In this document: positions 39,855-55,179 of the stretch, in pieces | Position numbering within the stretch: position 1 is the first letter of the stretch | Layout: each line of letters opens with the position of its first letter | Assembly: GCA_964016885.1 (NCBI GenBank) | Contig: OZ024756.1 | Coordinates: forward strand, 32,364,001-32,428,000 | Length of the DNA stretch: 64,000 nucleotides | Reading direction: 5' to 3' | DNA from: Eledone cirrhosa | Taxonomy: Eukaryota | Program-made: the position numbers and the translations under genes | The notes under the pieces: model-generated | Seen by the model: the letters and a program-made list of their open reading frames with translations, nothing else | What the model was told of the DNA's origin: nothing | Databases searched by the model: none

Positions 39855-40760
39855 TCTAAATAATTGTTTCTACTTTAGGCACAAGGCCAGCAATTACCCA
39901 GTACATTACTGGTACTTTATTTTATCGACCCCGTAAGGATGAAAGGCAAAGTTAACCTCGGCATCTAAATAATTGTTTCTACTTTAGGCACAAGGCCAGC
40001 AAATACCCAGTGCATTACTGGTACTTTATTTTATCGACCCCGTAAGGATGAAAGGCAAAGTCAACCTCGGCGGGACTTGAACTCAGATCGTAAAGGGACG
40101 TAACTATGCTGGAAAGCATGGCGTCCGACCCTCTACCGATACTGCCAATCCACCGCCTCGGCATCTAAATAATGGTACCTGATTTAGACACAAGGCCAAA
40201 AAATGTAGGGGAGGGGAAAATCGATTAAATCGACCCCAGTGCATTACTGGTAATTTATTTTATCAACCCCGTAAGGATAAAAGGCAAAGTTAACCTCGGC
40301 GCGATTTGAACTCAGACCATAAAGGGCTATAACTCTATGCTACAAATCATGGCGTCGGACGCTCTGCTGATTCTGCCAATCCACCGCACTTGCGTGTTTC
40401 TAAATTTGGCACAAGGCCAGCAATACCCAGTACATTACTGGTACTTTATTTTATCGACCCCGTAAGGATGAAAGACGAAGTTAACCTCGACGGGATCTGA
40501 ACTCAGACCGTAAAGGGACGTAACTATGCTAGAAAGCATGGCGTCCAACTCTCTGCCGATACTGCCAATCTAAATAATTGTTTCTACTATTGGCACAAGG
40601 CCAGCAAATTACCCAGTACATTACTGGTACTTTATTTTATCGACCCCGTAAGGATGAAAGGCAAAGTTAACCTCGGCGGGATTTGAACTCAGAATGGCAA
40701 GGGCCGTAACTCTATGCGTCAAAGCATGGCGTCCGTCCCTCTACCGATACTGCCAATTCA
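39855..40760 (-). mobile_element. Head-to-tail cluster of five SINE family 2 copies
   Basis: Unit boundaries near 39855, 39964, 40164, 40398 and 40570, mostly at (CA)TCTAAAT. Confidence 0.9.
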
Positions 40761-40989
40761 AACATCTGTGCGTGTATATTTAAATCAGTGAATCTTTACG
40801 CGTCTGTGAGCGCATGCTTGTGGATCAATCTGTGAGTGAATACACGTATATAGGCGCATCCGTGTGTATATGTGTGTATCCCTCTATGTGTCTGTGTGTG
40901 TGTGCAAGCTTTGTGTGTGGATGTCTTCCAAGCGTTTGGGTGATGTTTGTATACAAAAGTTTATTTATATTTCAGCGCTGATCCTTTCG

Positions 40990-41067
<78 letters not shown>

Positions 41068-41239
41068 AAGGGTGTACCCCAAAATGTATACATGCTTTTA
41101 TTAGAATGTTGTTGAAGTGTGTATACCAATGTTTTAGACATCCTCCATATCTATATATTTACACACACCCACATATATATATGCATAAATTACACACACC
41201 CACACACAGTTAAATATATATATATATATATATAAATAG

Positions 41240-41294
<55 letters not shown>

Positions 41295-41332
41295 TTACAT
41301 ATCTCTCTCTATATATATAAATATGTAATATA

Positions 41333-41376
<44 letters not shown>

Positions 41377-41531
41377 TGTAATATATGTGTGTGTGTATAT
41401 ATATATATAAAAATATGTAATATATGTGTATATATATATATATATATAGAATATACATATAAATAGGAAATATATGTGTATATATATATGTATGTGTGTA
41501 TATATATATATATATATACACATATATTACA

Positions 41532-41600
<69 letters not shown>

Positions 41601-41815
41601 CATATATACATTTATATATACATATATATATACATATATTACATACACACACACACACACACATATAGACGCGCACACACACACACACACGTGTGTACAT
41701 AGAGGAATCAATAGCTATTTTTTTAGATCACTTGGTCTGCGTTTATTTTCGCGCTCTCGTATTTAGTGTAATACAGACGACGTCTTGCACGCAACCCATG
41801 GTGGATATATCTGTG

Positions 41816-42370
41816 CACATATGTTTATGTGTAAGAGTGTTCTGTGTATACATACACAAATATATACATACACACACATATGCATATATATATATAAATA
41901 TATATATATATACATACACACACATATGCATATATATATATGTATGCATGTTTACACATATGTTTATGTGTAAGAGTGTTCTGTGTATACATACACACAT
42001 ATATGCATACGCACACATATGCATATGCATATATATATATATATACACACACACATATGCATATATATATATGTATGTATGTTTACACATATGTTTATGT
42101 GTATGAGTGTTCTGTGTATACATACACACATATATGCATACGCACACATATGCATATGCATATATATATATATACATATACACACACATATGCATATATA
42201 TATATGTATGTATGTTTACACATATGTTTATGTGTATGAGTGTTCTGTGTATACATACACACATATATGCATACGCACACATATGCATATGCATATATAT
42301 AATATATATATATATATACATATACACACACACATGCATATATATATATATGTATGTATATTTACACATA
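41816..42370. repeat. Four ~130-140-bp tandem units built on TA/CA microsatellite
   Basis: CACATATGTTTATGTGTA(A/T)GAGTGTTCTGTGTATACATACAC recurs at ~41816, 41956, 42086 and 42219. Confidence 0.8.
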
Positions 42371-42409
42371 TATGTATATAATTGTGTGTTCGCGTGTCGT
42401 GTGCATACA

Positions 42410-43570
<1,161 letters not shown>

Positions 43571-43800
43571 TACGTATATATGTAAAAAGAGAAAGATCTG
43601 TGACGCTCTTAGAACAATGGATTAATTGACTACTTCGCCTTGTTCTATTCTCTCATAGTTTAACATTATACTTAACGACATATACAAGGATATCATCGTT
43701 GCACTTTTTTTTCGATATGATATCCATATCAGTACTATAATGATATCTACAATGGTTATAAAACCTTACTTTTATTTGATTATATAGCACACTAATTAGA

Positions 43801-43905
<105 letters not shown>

Positions 43906-44090
43906 CTTATATACGTATATACATATATGCATATATATATATATATATATGTGTATATATATATGTATATATATATATATATATATACATACATATGAAA
44001 CCATCAAATCATAGATGTGTGTGTGTCTGTACAACACACACACACTTACACACACACACATATATGTATATATATATAATATATATATGG

Positions 44091-44465
44091 GGTGAAGGGT
44101 CCGTGCATGCAACGCATGCAGTGCATGCATTAGATAATCTTGAGTTGATCAATGGCGTCGGTTGAAGCAAGCAGAATTTTGGGTGCTTACTAAAACGTAT
44201 AGACACAAAAAGAAAAATAACACACACACACATACACACAAACACACGACAGCTTTGGGGCAAGCAGAATTTTGACTGCTTACTAAACCGCAGTCACATA
44301 AAAGGATAACACACACACTCACACACACTAGATAACACTACATGCGGCTTTAACCGGGAGGGTCATTTAGAGGGAATTGGTGGGGAGGGGTGTAAGGCTG
44401 CACAGCCCCACTTTCCGCCATTGCGATTGGACTGCATGCCCTGCTTTCTAGGTAACCCTTCGCCA
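44091..44465. mobile_element. Possible MITE in (TA)n
   Basis: Ends GGTGAAGGGT / ACCCTTCGCC are a 9/10 inverted match. TA tracts on both sides and an internal direct duplication. Confidence 0.35.
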
Positions 44466-44574
44466 TATTATATATATATATATATGTGTATATATATATA
44501 ACGCAATCCAAAGTTTTATGTTGGCATACAGTATTTGGGGGTTTCGGATAGGGAGTCCAGGGAAACATTTCTTT

Positions 44575-45318
44575 AATAGAGGTCCATTGTCTGTCCTGGA
44601 AGACATGCGCAATAATTGTCAATACAGTTCGATAGGTATGCAGGCAGAGCGAGATTAGGTTATTTTCCTTGCCCTCCTTGATCAGTTGTAGAGTCAAGTG
44701 GACTGCATAGCAATTGCAAATGATTACTTTTGGTTGGTGTCGAAGGTGTTCACTTTCCTTCAGAAATATCTTCTTTAACCAATCATGGAATTGGGGACAC
44801 TCATTCCAGCCCTTTTCACTTGTTGTGTAACGTCCACCTCTCGTCCACCCTGGGTCCAATCAAGATACAGATTATTTCCTTTGTATATATTGGCGGTTGC
44901 ATCACAACGGCTGCAGAACCTCCTCAATTTACTGTGATCTGCTCTTGGCCAGATCCTTCAATAATCTGGCTAACACGCTTTGCACCTTTCCTAGGGTTTC
45001 TATACAATGATATGTACAAAAATCCTGAACACGATCCTTAACCTTAGCTTTGTTGAAGCCCCATCCCCAATCTGCTAAAGGTTTGAAGCATTCTGCGAGC
45101 TCCAATTCTTGATAAGGGGATAAAGTGCATGTGTTTCCCACTTGCGCATTAATCGGAATTTCTTCTCTAACCCTCCTCAGAAGAGACTTCTTATAAACAC
45201 CAACTTATTTGGCTCCCTTCTTAGCAGACATCGTCTCCATTATTGAGTTGTAGGCATCAGCCATTTCCTGCATAGTTTTCCTGGCACCCTCAGTCTCCTT
45301 CTTATAATGTCGTACGAT
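44575..45318 (-). pseudogene. pogo/Fot1-like DDE transposase remnant (HTH-psq, CENP-B-type HTH, DDE_1), with stops and an internal deletion
   Basis: IVRHYKKETE...MSAKKGAK*VGVYKKSLLRRV...LSPYQELELAECFKPLADWGWGFNKAKVKDRV, and YTTSEKGWNECPQFHDWLKKIF...PKVIICNCYAVHLTLQLIKEGKENNLISLCL (consensus SxxGW...F..WF...LLxDGHxSH...LP). Confidence 0.85.
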
Positions 45319-45589
45319 GTGAAGGGAAAAAATGGGATGGTGTATTAAGCAGCATGCATTTTTTAAATTATTTGCACAACAAAAATTAAAGAAACAAAGC
45401 AAGGAATGTTTCTTTACTTGTATATAGATTTAAATATCCCACAATGCAATTGTACCTGAGTATCTGTGCATTGTGACAACTAGAAACAACATTTGTGACA
45501 AAAAGAAATCTCTTCGGGGCATTAGGAATCAGACATTTTCAAATAACATAAACGTTAGGCTATAGAAAATTACGACCACCAGCCCCTAA

Positions 45590-45775
45590 AATAATTGTTT
45601 CTACTTTTGGCACAAGGCCAGCAATTATCCAGTGTATTACTGGTACTTTATTTCATCGACCCCGTAAGGATGAAAAGCAAAGTTAACCTCGGCGGGATTT
45701 GAACTCAGATCGTAAAGGCCCGTAACTCCATACTGCAAAGCATGGCGTCCAACCCTCTACCGATACTGCCAATCC
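45590..45775 (-). mobile_element. SINE family 2 copy
   Basis: Reverse complement of the full consensus. Confidence 0.85.
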
Positions 45776-46029
45776 TAAAATAATGCCCATATAAATGTAC
45801 ACTATACAGTAAGAAAACAAAAACAGCTACTATCCATATTTTCTGATTATTTATATCACTCAGTTTGGATTGCTACAAATATTACCACAGTGGCTATTCT
45901 TTTTTTCTTTAGACCTAATCAATCAAACACTACCCTTACCCATGTCATATTTATCTAAATTAGTACAGCAGTGACCCCAACTCATTCAAGCTGTCATATA
46001 TATGTATATATCTATATATATATATATAT

Positions 46030-46166
46030 AACGAAGGAAATGTGGTAAGGAGCCAGGTGGACCATAACGCACCAAAGTACTCAATACATAGGGTAGTAGA
46101 GTGGGTAATAAGAACGAGTAGTACCCCGACGGCTGAGCTCAAGCCGTTTCGACGGCTAATTCTGGA

Positions 46167-46170
<4 letters not shown>
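46030..46170 (-). mobile_element. 5'-truncated hammerhead-tailed element in (TA)n
   Basis: Near-identical to 36567-36708. Retains only the 3' half of the ribozyme. Confidence 0.8.
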
Positions 46171-46209
<39 letters not shown>

Positions 46210-46214
46210 ATCTA

Positions 46215-46431
<217 letters not shown>

Positions 46432-46633
46432 TAACAGATTAAAGTTTGAGCAAATAATCGGTGCTTTCACCCTTAACAGGATCTTCTGATAGTTATATAT
46501 ATATATATTTATGTGTGTATATATATATATATAAAAAAGAGAAAACACAGGTAAGCATTAAGAGAAGGATTTTATCCAGGTATTTTCCCTAACTATATAT
46601 ATATACATATGTATATATATGTATACATATATG

Positions 46634-46728
<95 letters not shown>

Positions 46729-46846
46729 ATATATATATATATGTTATACATATATATATATATATGTTATTACTCTAAGGTGTTATACCTTATCGAGTGC
46801 TTGGCTGCACTTCTGATTGCATTCGTTGGCCTAGCTGCGGTTCGGG

Positions 46847-46912
<66 letters not shown>

Positions 46913-47206
46913 TGTGTATGTATATATATACATATATACCCACAAATGTACGCAATTACACACACATATGTAGGCATACTTTGTTATACACATATAGCCA
47001 GCCAGATATGCATGATTGAATCTGGAGAGAAAACCGGTTCCAGTTGGATGATTCCAGTTGTATCCAGTCACACTTCACTTGGCTTCTTAGCACCACTTCT
47101 AACATTTTCTCTTCTTTCAATTCTAACATCCCATCATAATTTTATTCTTTTATCCTTTATTCCTTGTCTGCTTCTTACTATTTCGCTCTCACACTTTTTC
47201 TTCTAC

Positions 47207-47294
<88 letters not shown>

Positions 47295-47942
47295 TTACTT
47301 CTATTCTATCATTAAAACCGTCTTTTATTCTGTGATTACTTCTAACTATTCGTTCGCCCCATCTTTCTTCTACTCTCTCCGCACCTCTCTACTTTGTCAT
47401 TTACTTACTCTCACGAAATCTCCAACTATCTATCTGTCGAACTATCTATCGATCTATATTTTATTTTATTTTTATATATTGTTATTGCCTCCTCCTTATT
47501 GAGGACGCCTTGTTTTGTAAACTCCCCCCATTGTACTTGTCCCACTTTTGATGCCCTGGTGGCAAATAAAAGAAACATATCTATCGATCTATATGTAAAC
47601 AGAGGAAAGACAGGAACACCTAAACAACGTGTGCCTGGTGTTGACGGTTGTTCTATCCACAGGGTTATTCTATCACAGCAGTAACGTTCCCCCTATTGGG
47701 GATTTCAATTGTTATTTTATTATATATAATTTATTGTTATTTATTAATGTTAAAGTTATTTTTATGTAAAACCCCCGCCGTCACGTCTTGTAATGTCCCA
47801 TTTTTGTACGCCCCTGTGGCAAATAAATAAATATATCTATCTATATGTATATCTATCTATCCATCCATCCATTTATCCATAACCCTCTCTCTATCCCTAC
47901 ATCTCTATATATCTCTATCCATCAATCCACCAATCTATCTAC

Positions 47943-48033
<91 letters not shown>

Positions 48034-48085
48034 TATATATACCGATTGTGTTGTTATTTCTGTTTACCTTTTACATATATATACA

Positions 48086-48280
48086 GTAAGGAAGGAATTG
48101 TGGTGAGGAACCAGATGGACCATAACGCACCAAATTACTCAATACTTAGGGTAGTAGAGTGGGTAATAGGAACAAGTATGACCCCGACGGGAGAGCTCAA
48201 GCCGTTTCGACGGCTATTTCTGGACTCAAATAGCCGTCGAAACGGCTTGAGCTCTGCCGTCGGGGTCATACTTGTTCCCT
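48086..48280. mobile_element. Hammerhead-tailed element folded back at helix II
   Basis: Centre TTTC-GACGGCTATTT-CTGGACTC-AAATAGCCGTC-GAAA, with inverted arms of roughly 50 bp. Confidence 0.8.
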
Positions 48281-48851
48281 TATACAGTATATATCTATCT
48301 ATATATACATGCGGGTGTACTTTTCCTCCCATAAACCAAAGACACTTACACAAACGTATGCATACATATGTTAACTTATTTGCCTTCTTCCGTATCCTTC
48401 AGACATCCTGCTAATCATTCACTGGTTTCATTTCCTCCCCGTCCCCCCACATCTCTTTATAACCTTTTTTTCGCCCTCACTCAGCCTCTCCTTCTCTTTC
48501 CCTAACCCCCTCTCTCTCTCTCTCTCACTCTCTCTCTCTCTGTCTCTCTCTTTCTATATATCTCTCTCATTCTTCCTCTCTTCTCTCACTCTCTCTTTCT
48601 ATATATCTCTCTCGTTCTTCCGCTCTCTGTCGTATTTTATGTCACACTTTCATCAACCATTTCCTCCTTCTCTCATTCCTTCTGTTTTTATTAGCGTCTC
48701 CTAAATTCGGTTTCTCTCGCTGTCTCTCTCTCTAAACACACACACACGCGCGCGCGCACACACAAACCCAACAACACACACACATACACACACCAACGCA
48801 CACACACATATATATATATACATATACATATATGCATACGTATAGATTAAT

Positions 48852-49321
48852 ATGGTAGAAAAGCCAGGAACCACCATAAAATCCCTGATCAGCAACACCT
48901 ACCTTTTTAAGAAAACCCACTGTACTAATAGGAAATGTATCATATGTAAAGTAAACCCCCGGATAAACTGTAAAACTAGAAACGTAGTCTATAGCATAAG
49001 ATGTACAGAGGGTGCTTGCAGAAACATGACAACAACATACGCGAGACAGCTCGTAGCATAGGTGAAAGGATAGACCAACACTGGGGGGCACTAAAAAGAC
49101 GAAAAAACGGTTCAGTACTATACGAACATGCCAGACAACAACACGACGGTAACATAGACAACATAGAAATTAGAATAATATCTAAACATAGAAATGACCC
49201 AGCAGATAGGCAAATGAGAGAGGCCAGTGAAATAGAACTTAGAAAGCCAAGGCTAAACAGAAAAAATGAATGGAATAACAACAACACCCAAACAAACAAC
49301 ACTGACCTAAGAGAAGTATAA
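48852..49321 (+). pseudogene. Penelope-like element (Neptune-type) Cys-rich linker and GIY-YIG endonuclease, frameshifted
   Basis: HCTNRKCIICKVNPRINCKTRNVVYSIRCTEGACRNMTTTY / RETARSIGERIDQH...VLYEHARQQH...RQMREASEIELRKPRLNRKNEW. Shows the VVY..Y(IG)ET.R...R..H..E..LN signature, with a frameshift near 49040. Confidence 0.88.
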
Positions 49322-49574
49322 ATAAATAAATAGATAAATAAATAAATACACAAGCACAATAACAACAAACACATATAAACACACACTAGTAAAGATAGAA
49401 TACATTAACCAATACACAGTCACCCAATCACGAACACACATCAAACAAAACACTATACACACACGCAAACGCATGCGCAAAGAAGACAAAATAAAATAAA
49501 TAAATAAATAAATATATAAACAGACTAAATAAAGATGGCGTAGAAAATACAATGTAACGGGAGGAAACAATAGC

Positions 49575-49616
49575 ACCACTGACGATGTTGCAGATGTGCA
49601 ACGAAAGAACTTTGAT
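49575..49616 (+). ncRNA. Degenerate hammerhead ribozyme in the 3' pseudo-LTR of the Penelope-like element
   Basis: ACCA-CTGACGA-T-GTTGCA-GATG-TGCAAC-GAAA-GAAC-TT-TGAT, about 250 bp downstream of the GIY-YIG stop on the same strand. Confidence 0.7.
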
Positions 49617-49888
49617 AAACTATATATATGTGTTCGTGTCTATATTGTATCTGTGTTTTTGACCGTTGGTCAGTCAATGGCAACATTGAGGACCGAATAA
49701 ATTAAATTACCGATATAAAAGACACAGAAGCGAAAAGCGAAAACCAACCAAACAGTGAGTGTGTTCCGTTATTAATTCTGGCGATATTACACAAATATGA
49801 CCCTCCCCGAGTATAACTATATATATATGTACATATGTGAAAAAGAAAATTTCGCTCTACATGGCTGAATACAATAAATATAATCTGA

Positions 49889-50032
49889 GTTTTTGACAAA
49901 AACATAATAGTTAGGATAGAAGCTAAAGAAAGAAACCTCGGCATTCTTAGAATTAAAGAAGCACTAATTATAGACAAAACACGACCACCAATAAATAACA
50001 GACTAGAACTCAACACCCAATTTTTAACATGA
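49889..50032 (+). pseudogene. C-terminal fragment of a second Penelope-like GIY-YIG endonuclease
   Basis: VFDKNIIVRIEAKERNLGILRIKEALIIDKTRPPINNRLELNTQFLT* (R-I-K-E-A-L-x-I...P-x-I-N motif). Not in the ORF track. Confidence 0.7.
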
Positions 50033-50549
50033 TAGAGCACCTAGCCCCACACTTGCACGTCGTCCACGTACCATCTCACACACACACGCACGCTTACACC
50101 TTCACTTATTCTCTCACACACACATACACACACATAGACCAGTTTTAACATGATAGAGCATCTAGCCCCCACATTTACACCTTCACTTATCCTCACACTC
50201 TCACACACACACGCGCATGCTTACACCTTCACGTATTCTCCCACACACACTTAGACATACATGGGCAAACCCTTTTAAAGGGAGACAACCCTTTATCCAC
50301 CTAACCTTCACTCTTTGACATTAGAAATAGAATGGATTTTCTATACTATTTCCTGTCAGCATGACTTGGCAAGCTAATGAGAACACTGGATTAACCCCTT
50401 TACTTCCCTCCAAAGAAGAGATATTATCTCGAAAATTAAGGGTATTCAAATAAATTTAAGGTAAAAGACTAATTGTCAGCAATATCTTTTACATTTGTAT
50501 TTATATTCTATATCCATACCTGCATTGTTCTGGCATTCTAACTCCAAAC

Positions 50550-50600
<51 letters not shown>

Positions 50601-50748
50601 GTAAATGTATATATATATATGTAGAATACATATATATACAACAAGCAAATATTTTTATAACTGATATAAAGCATTCAACAATTTTTGGAGTAAAAATACA
50701 ATATATTAACAAATGGAAACTATATTTATAAAACTGATCTATATTATA

Positions 50749-50809
50749 TTTTATCTGATGAAAGCGCACCTTAATTTGCTTTGGTGTCCTTGAAATATGT
50801 ATAATGAAA
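50749..50809 (+). ncRNA. Type I hammerhead ribozyme flanked by 34-bp inverted repeats
   Basis: TTTTAT-CTGATGA-AAG-CGCACC...GGTGTC-CTT-GAAA-TATGTA-TA-ATGAAA. 50701-50734 is the reverse complement of 50818-50851. Confidence 0.8.
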
Positions 50810-50845
50810 TAAATATGGTTTTATAAATATAGTTTCCATTTGTTA

Positions 50846-50883
<38 letters not shown>

Positions 50884-50911
50884 GTAAATATATATATATA
50901 TATATATAATG

Positions 50912-50964
<53 letters not shown>

Positions 50965-51450
50965 GGGGGGGGGGGAGAGAGAGAGAGCGTGAGTGAAAGA
51001 TAGGTGATTGGCAGAACCGCTAGAGCGTCTGATAACTGTTTGCTTCATTTGTTCCTCCCCTTTACATTCGAATGAGGTCACATTTGATTTTTATTCTTCC
51101 TGGGTCGATAAAATGAAGTGCTAGTAAAGTAATGTGCCGATTTAATCGATCTCTACCTTCCTAAAATTCCTGGCCTTTAGTATGTAATCAAGATACGAAG
51201 CCTTAATTTTTTAGGTTCCAAATTTACAAATCCAAATTTTATTTCTCCCAAACTCCGTTTCATAAACATGTTTTTACTTTCTCTACCCTTTTTTTTAGTA
51301 TCTAAAATTTAATCACATCCTTACTTATATTTCTTCACTGAATTCCTGAACATACCTTTCAACTTTTCATCTCATTACTTCCTAACTTTCTTACCTGCAA
51401 TCTCATTCACCACTCAAGCACTTTCTTACTCAATATATCACATATTTATA

Positions 51451-51662
51451 CAGGCGTGTGGCTGAGTGGTTAGAGAATTGGATTCACAATCGTGAGGTTG
51501 TGAGTTCGGTTCTTGGACCGGGTGATGTGTCCTTGAGCACGACACACTTTATTTCACGTTGCTCCTTCTATCTGGAGTTGCGACCGATAGGGACTATTAG
51601 CAATTGGAAAAACCAATGGAAACATTGTTTCCTCGGTCCGATTTGACGAAAGTCCATCGTTC
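51451..51662 (+). mobile_element. tRNA-derived CORE-like SINE
   Basis: Close copy of 12609-12825. Confidence 0.85.
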
Positions 51663-53859
51663 CTTTTTTTTTTATACAGACCATTTTGTTTTTTTCTTTT
51701 CAGTACCCGTTTGTCCAAAACATGTGGAAATCAAACTGTCATCTGTGTTGATATTTTACCGAACATTTTTTAATCATGAAATAATATTTAATGAAATAAA
51801 GTGTTTTGTTTAAGATCACGACCTTACAATCAGCAAAGCGTCTCATTGTTTTAGTAATGGTGATTACTTGAACTGATTTTATTTATAGAAAAAAACTGAA
51901 GTAAATTAAATCTAACGATTCCCTCCCCTTACCGTTTTTTCTTTCTATATTCTTTTTTCTCTATAGTCCATTCTTCTCAGTCTAGATGTTTCTTTTCTTT
52001 TTCTGTTAAACTGTATTTACATGATATATTCCATAAATAAAAATGAGATAGTTTACTTCAACTAAATAGAGAAATGAAATACGCGAGTTTATTATTTAAT
52101 ACGAAACAAAAATGAAATCTACCCATGTAGTAAGTGTTATTGTATGAGGATCTTAAAGAAACTATTCTTTCTCTTTATTCCCGTAACTCTTAATAGAGTC
52201 GTAGGGGCGCCGTAGTGACATACGGCCTTTCTAGGGCAATTTTTAAGCCTGGTGGAGCCCATCCTTCTCCAATTCTGAACACAGTAGATCTCTTCCAGAG
52301 AAGGATAGAAAAGGAGAGTGAGAGGAAGTGAGCAAGAATCGACAACCGTATTAGACTGGTATATTTTTTTCAGCGACCTCGAAAGGATGACAGGCAAAGT
52401 TGACCTCAGCGGGATTTGAACTCAGAGAGCCGAGGTGAATACCGCAAGGCATTCTTGGAGCATTTATTCCTTAGTTGTAAATTTGCTCATACGGAATTTG
52501 TACACATTTTCTTTGAAGTTGAGAAGACAGCTTGAGGTAAACTTAATTTTGCTTATTAAAATTGTAAATTGTCCAGCCACTTTTGCCTCCCCAATCAGTA
52601 TATTTCTTAATTATCGTCTTAGCAATATAGTAGCCTAATTTAAAGGAAAATAACTGACAAAATATAAAGAAAATATCATCATGGTCAAACACTTCTCAAT
52701 AATTTTCTCTATTCATCTGAATTTTAAAATGTCCACTTTGATAAAAGCTGTATATTTGTAAAGATTTAAATTAAAATTACTCAACGAAACACGATGGCTG
52801 TAAAATTACTTTTCCTAAAGTAGTATAGGTAAATACGAAGCATTGTAAGATATGTAATAAAAGAATAAGTTTCAAATACCTGGTACAATGCTGTAGAAAA
52901 ATATAAAGAGCAAATGGGGTAAGCTAAAATAGAATACAGCTATCTTTCGTTTTGTTTTGAATAGTTTCAGCTCTATATTTGAAAAGAGGGTAAATAGCCC
53001 TGAATATCATGTTGAAATATATTAGGTAAAACATTACTCTATTTTAATTTACCATTTATATTTTTCTAACGATTTTGAATCATATTTTTCATAAATTTCC
53101 ACTGGGGAACCCTTAGCGTATTTAATTAAACTTAATATTCTTAGAAATTCATAAACGTTAACCACTTCTTAAATTATAGAGTCTCTAAATCGCGTATGTC
53201 TTATTAGTATGAACTATTAATTCACTAACGGCCTTAGGTGTCTATACAGTTGCGAATTGAAACAGACACCTTTTTGACCCCACCTCATTTGATCCTGGAC
53301 AGCATTCAGGTTGTGACAGCTGGAAAGAGAGGAATGGACTAAGCACTGGGCTGATACATTTTTGTCTCGACTCCGAAAGGCTGAACGTGAATGTACATCT
53401 CGGCAGGTTGTGAACTCAGAACGCAAAAAGAAGGAGCAAATATCCAACATTCTAACTATTCTGCCAACTCGACCTGCTTGAAGTTATTATAGTAGTGTAG
53501 TTTAAAGCACTTAGCAAGCAACTCCTTACATGTAGGTCCTATAGCATATGTTTCTCTTGTTAGTAGTTTAAAACCAGTATTGATTTCATTCTTTAAATAT
53601 TTCAACAATTCATCGTTCTTGAACTGATGATTTATTCATCAACCTCCAATAGGTTAAAAGGCAAAGTTGTCTTTAGCTGGGATTTGAACTCGGAGTGTAG
53701 AGAGCCGGAATATATACACATGTATTGATTCAATGGCTCTAAGGAATTTGCTAATTCGCTGCCATGACTTGTTTTTATAATTGCATGTAATGCAAATCAT
53801 GCTCCCCCCTTTCAAATATTCACAACAACCACGTGCGTACAATATTATTGTAAAGACAC

Positions 53860-54470
53860 GTGACCTAGTGATTAGGTTGTTCGGTTCACAATCGTAAGGC
53901 TGTGGGTTTGATTGCTAGTGTTGCATTGTGTCCTTGAGAAAAACACTTCACTTCACGTTCCTCCAGTCCACTCAGCTTGCCAAACGATTTTGGTCTGGAA
54001 TTCAAAGTGCCAGGCAGCTCAAACGCACACTGTGTCACGCTGGATTCTCTGACAACTCTGCTAAGGGCACACATGGCTGTTCAGTGTTGCACAGACACGT
54101 GTACCCTTAGCAGAGTTGTCAGAGAATACATTCTGAGTTCAAACCCCGCCGAGGTTAACTTTGCCTTTCATCCTTACGGGGTCGATAAAATAAAGTACCA
54201 GTAATACACTGGCTAATTTGCTGGCCTTGTGCCAAAAGTAGAAACAATTATTAATATCTAAATGGGCGGTGGATTGACAGTATCGGTAGAGGGTTGGACG
54301 CTATGTTTTGCATCATGGAGTTACGCCCCTTTACGATCTGAGTTCAAATCCCACCGATGTTAACTTTGCGTTTCATCCTTATGGGGGTCGGTAAAATAGA
54401 GAAGCAGTAATGCACAGGGATAATTGCTGGCTTTTGCCAAAAAGTAGAAACAATTATTAATATCTAAATG
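53860..54470 (+). mobile_element. Composite: CORE-like SINE, fold-back hairpin (54044-54127), two SINE family 2 copies
   Basis: GTCCTTGAGAAAAACACTT at ~53930. SINE family 2 motifs at 54131-54255 and 54264-54462. Confidence 0.75.
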
Positions 54471-54489
54471 CATTAACTTATCACTTTCT

Positions 54490-54596
54490 CGCAGAACCCT
54501 AGTGACCTCTAGCAGAACCCTAGTGACCTCTAGCAGAACCCTAGTGACCTCTAGCAGTACCCTAGGTTTTCGGGGAACACCGTTTGAAAAACACTG
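54490..54596 (-). mobile_element. hAT-like transposon end with a 21-bp tandem triplication
   Basis: Reverse complement begins CAGTGTTTTTCAAAC (Charlie/Buster-like terminus). GCAGAACCCTAGTGACCTCTA x3. Confidence 0.5.
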
Positions 54597-55179
54597 CTCT
54601 AAGCTCTCATATAGATTCCACATTAAATAACGGTAGACTTAATACGTCTCCTGGTAGACCACCATTTTATTGATAGATATAGTTAGCCTCATGCTAAATC
54701 TCCCCGAGAATTATATTAAAAGTGTGCCTGTCTGTAGAATGCGCAGCCACTTACATTTTAATTTCACAAACATTTCGTTCCATTGTTCGAACAACTGGAA
54801 CACAGTTCGTCAGAACGATGGAGGTAACACACACACGCACGCACACGTACAAACACACAGAAATACACACATATGAGTTCCTTTGATCGGATAATCATTG
54901 ATTTTGGTGTCCGTTAGCCTCCGCCGTCGTCAAGATATAAAGATCTGTTGATTGTTGGCCATAAATTTCCCGTTTTACAATTGCATGTCCAGGTCACGAT
55001 ATTTTCTCATCGATTGCCTTTTGTTGCATGAATTCCTTATTAGATGTTATAGTTAGTGTACGGTCTACCGCAGTATCTGTAGTCTACAGTGTGTAATGGT
55101 TTGACCTGTCTACCAGTTTAGGGTTACGGGTCGGATTAAGGTTCGGGTTAGTATTTATAGTTGAAACCTGCACGCTACG

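Noticed and set aside
47500-47830. Gene 3' UTR with polyadenylation signals
   Set aside because: Two similar TGTCCCA...GTGGCAAATAAA ends look like LINE 3' tails, and no coding sequence is visible upstream.
54765-54820. Minus-strand CTGACGA...GAAA as a hammerhead
   Set aside because: Five extra nucleotides before helix II, no helix I/III pairing, and it lies in a SINE tail.
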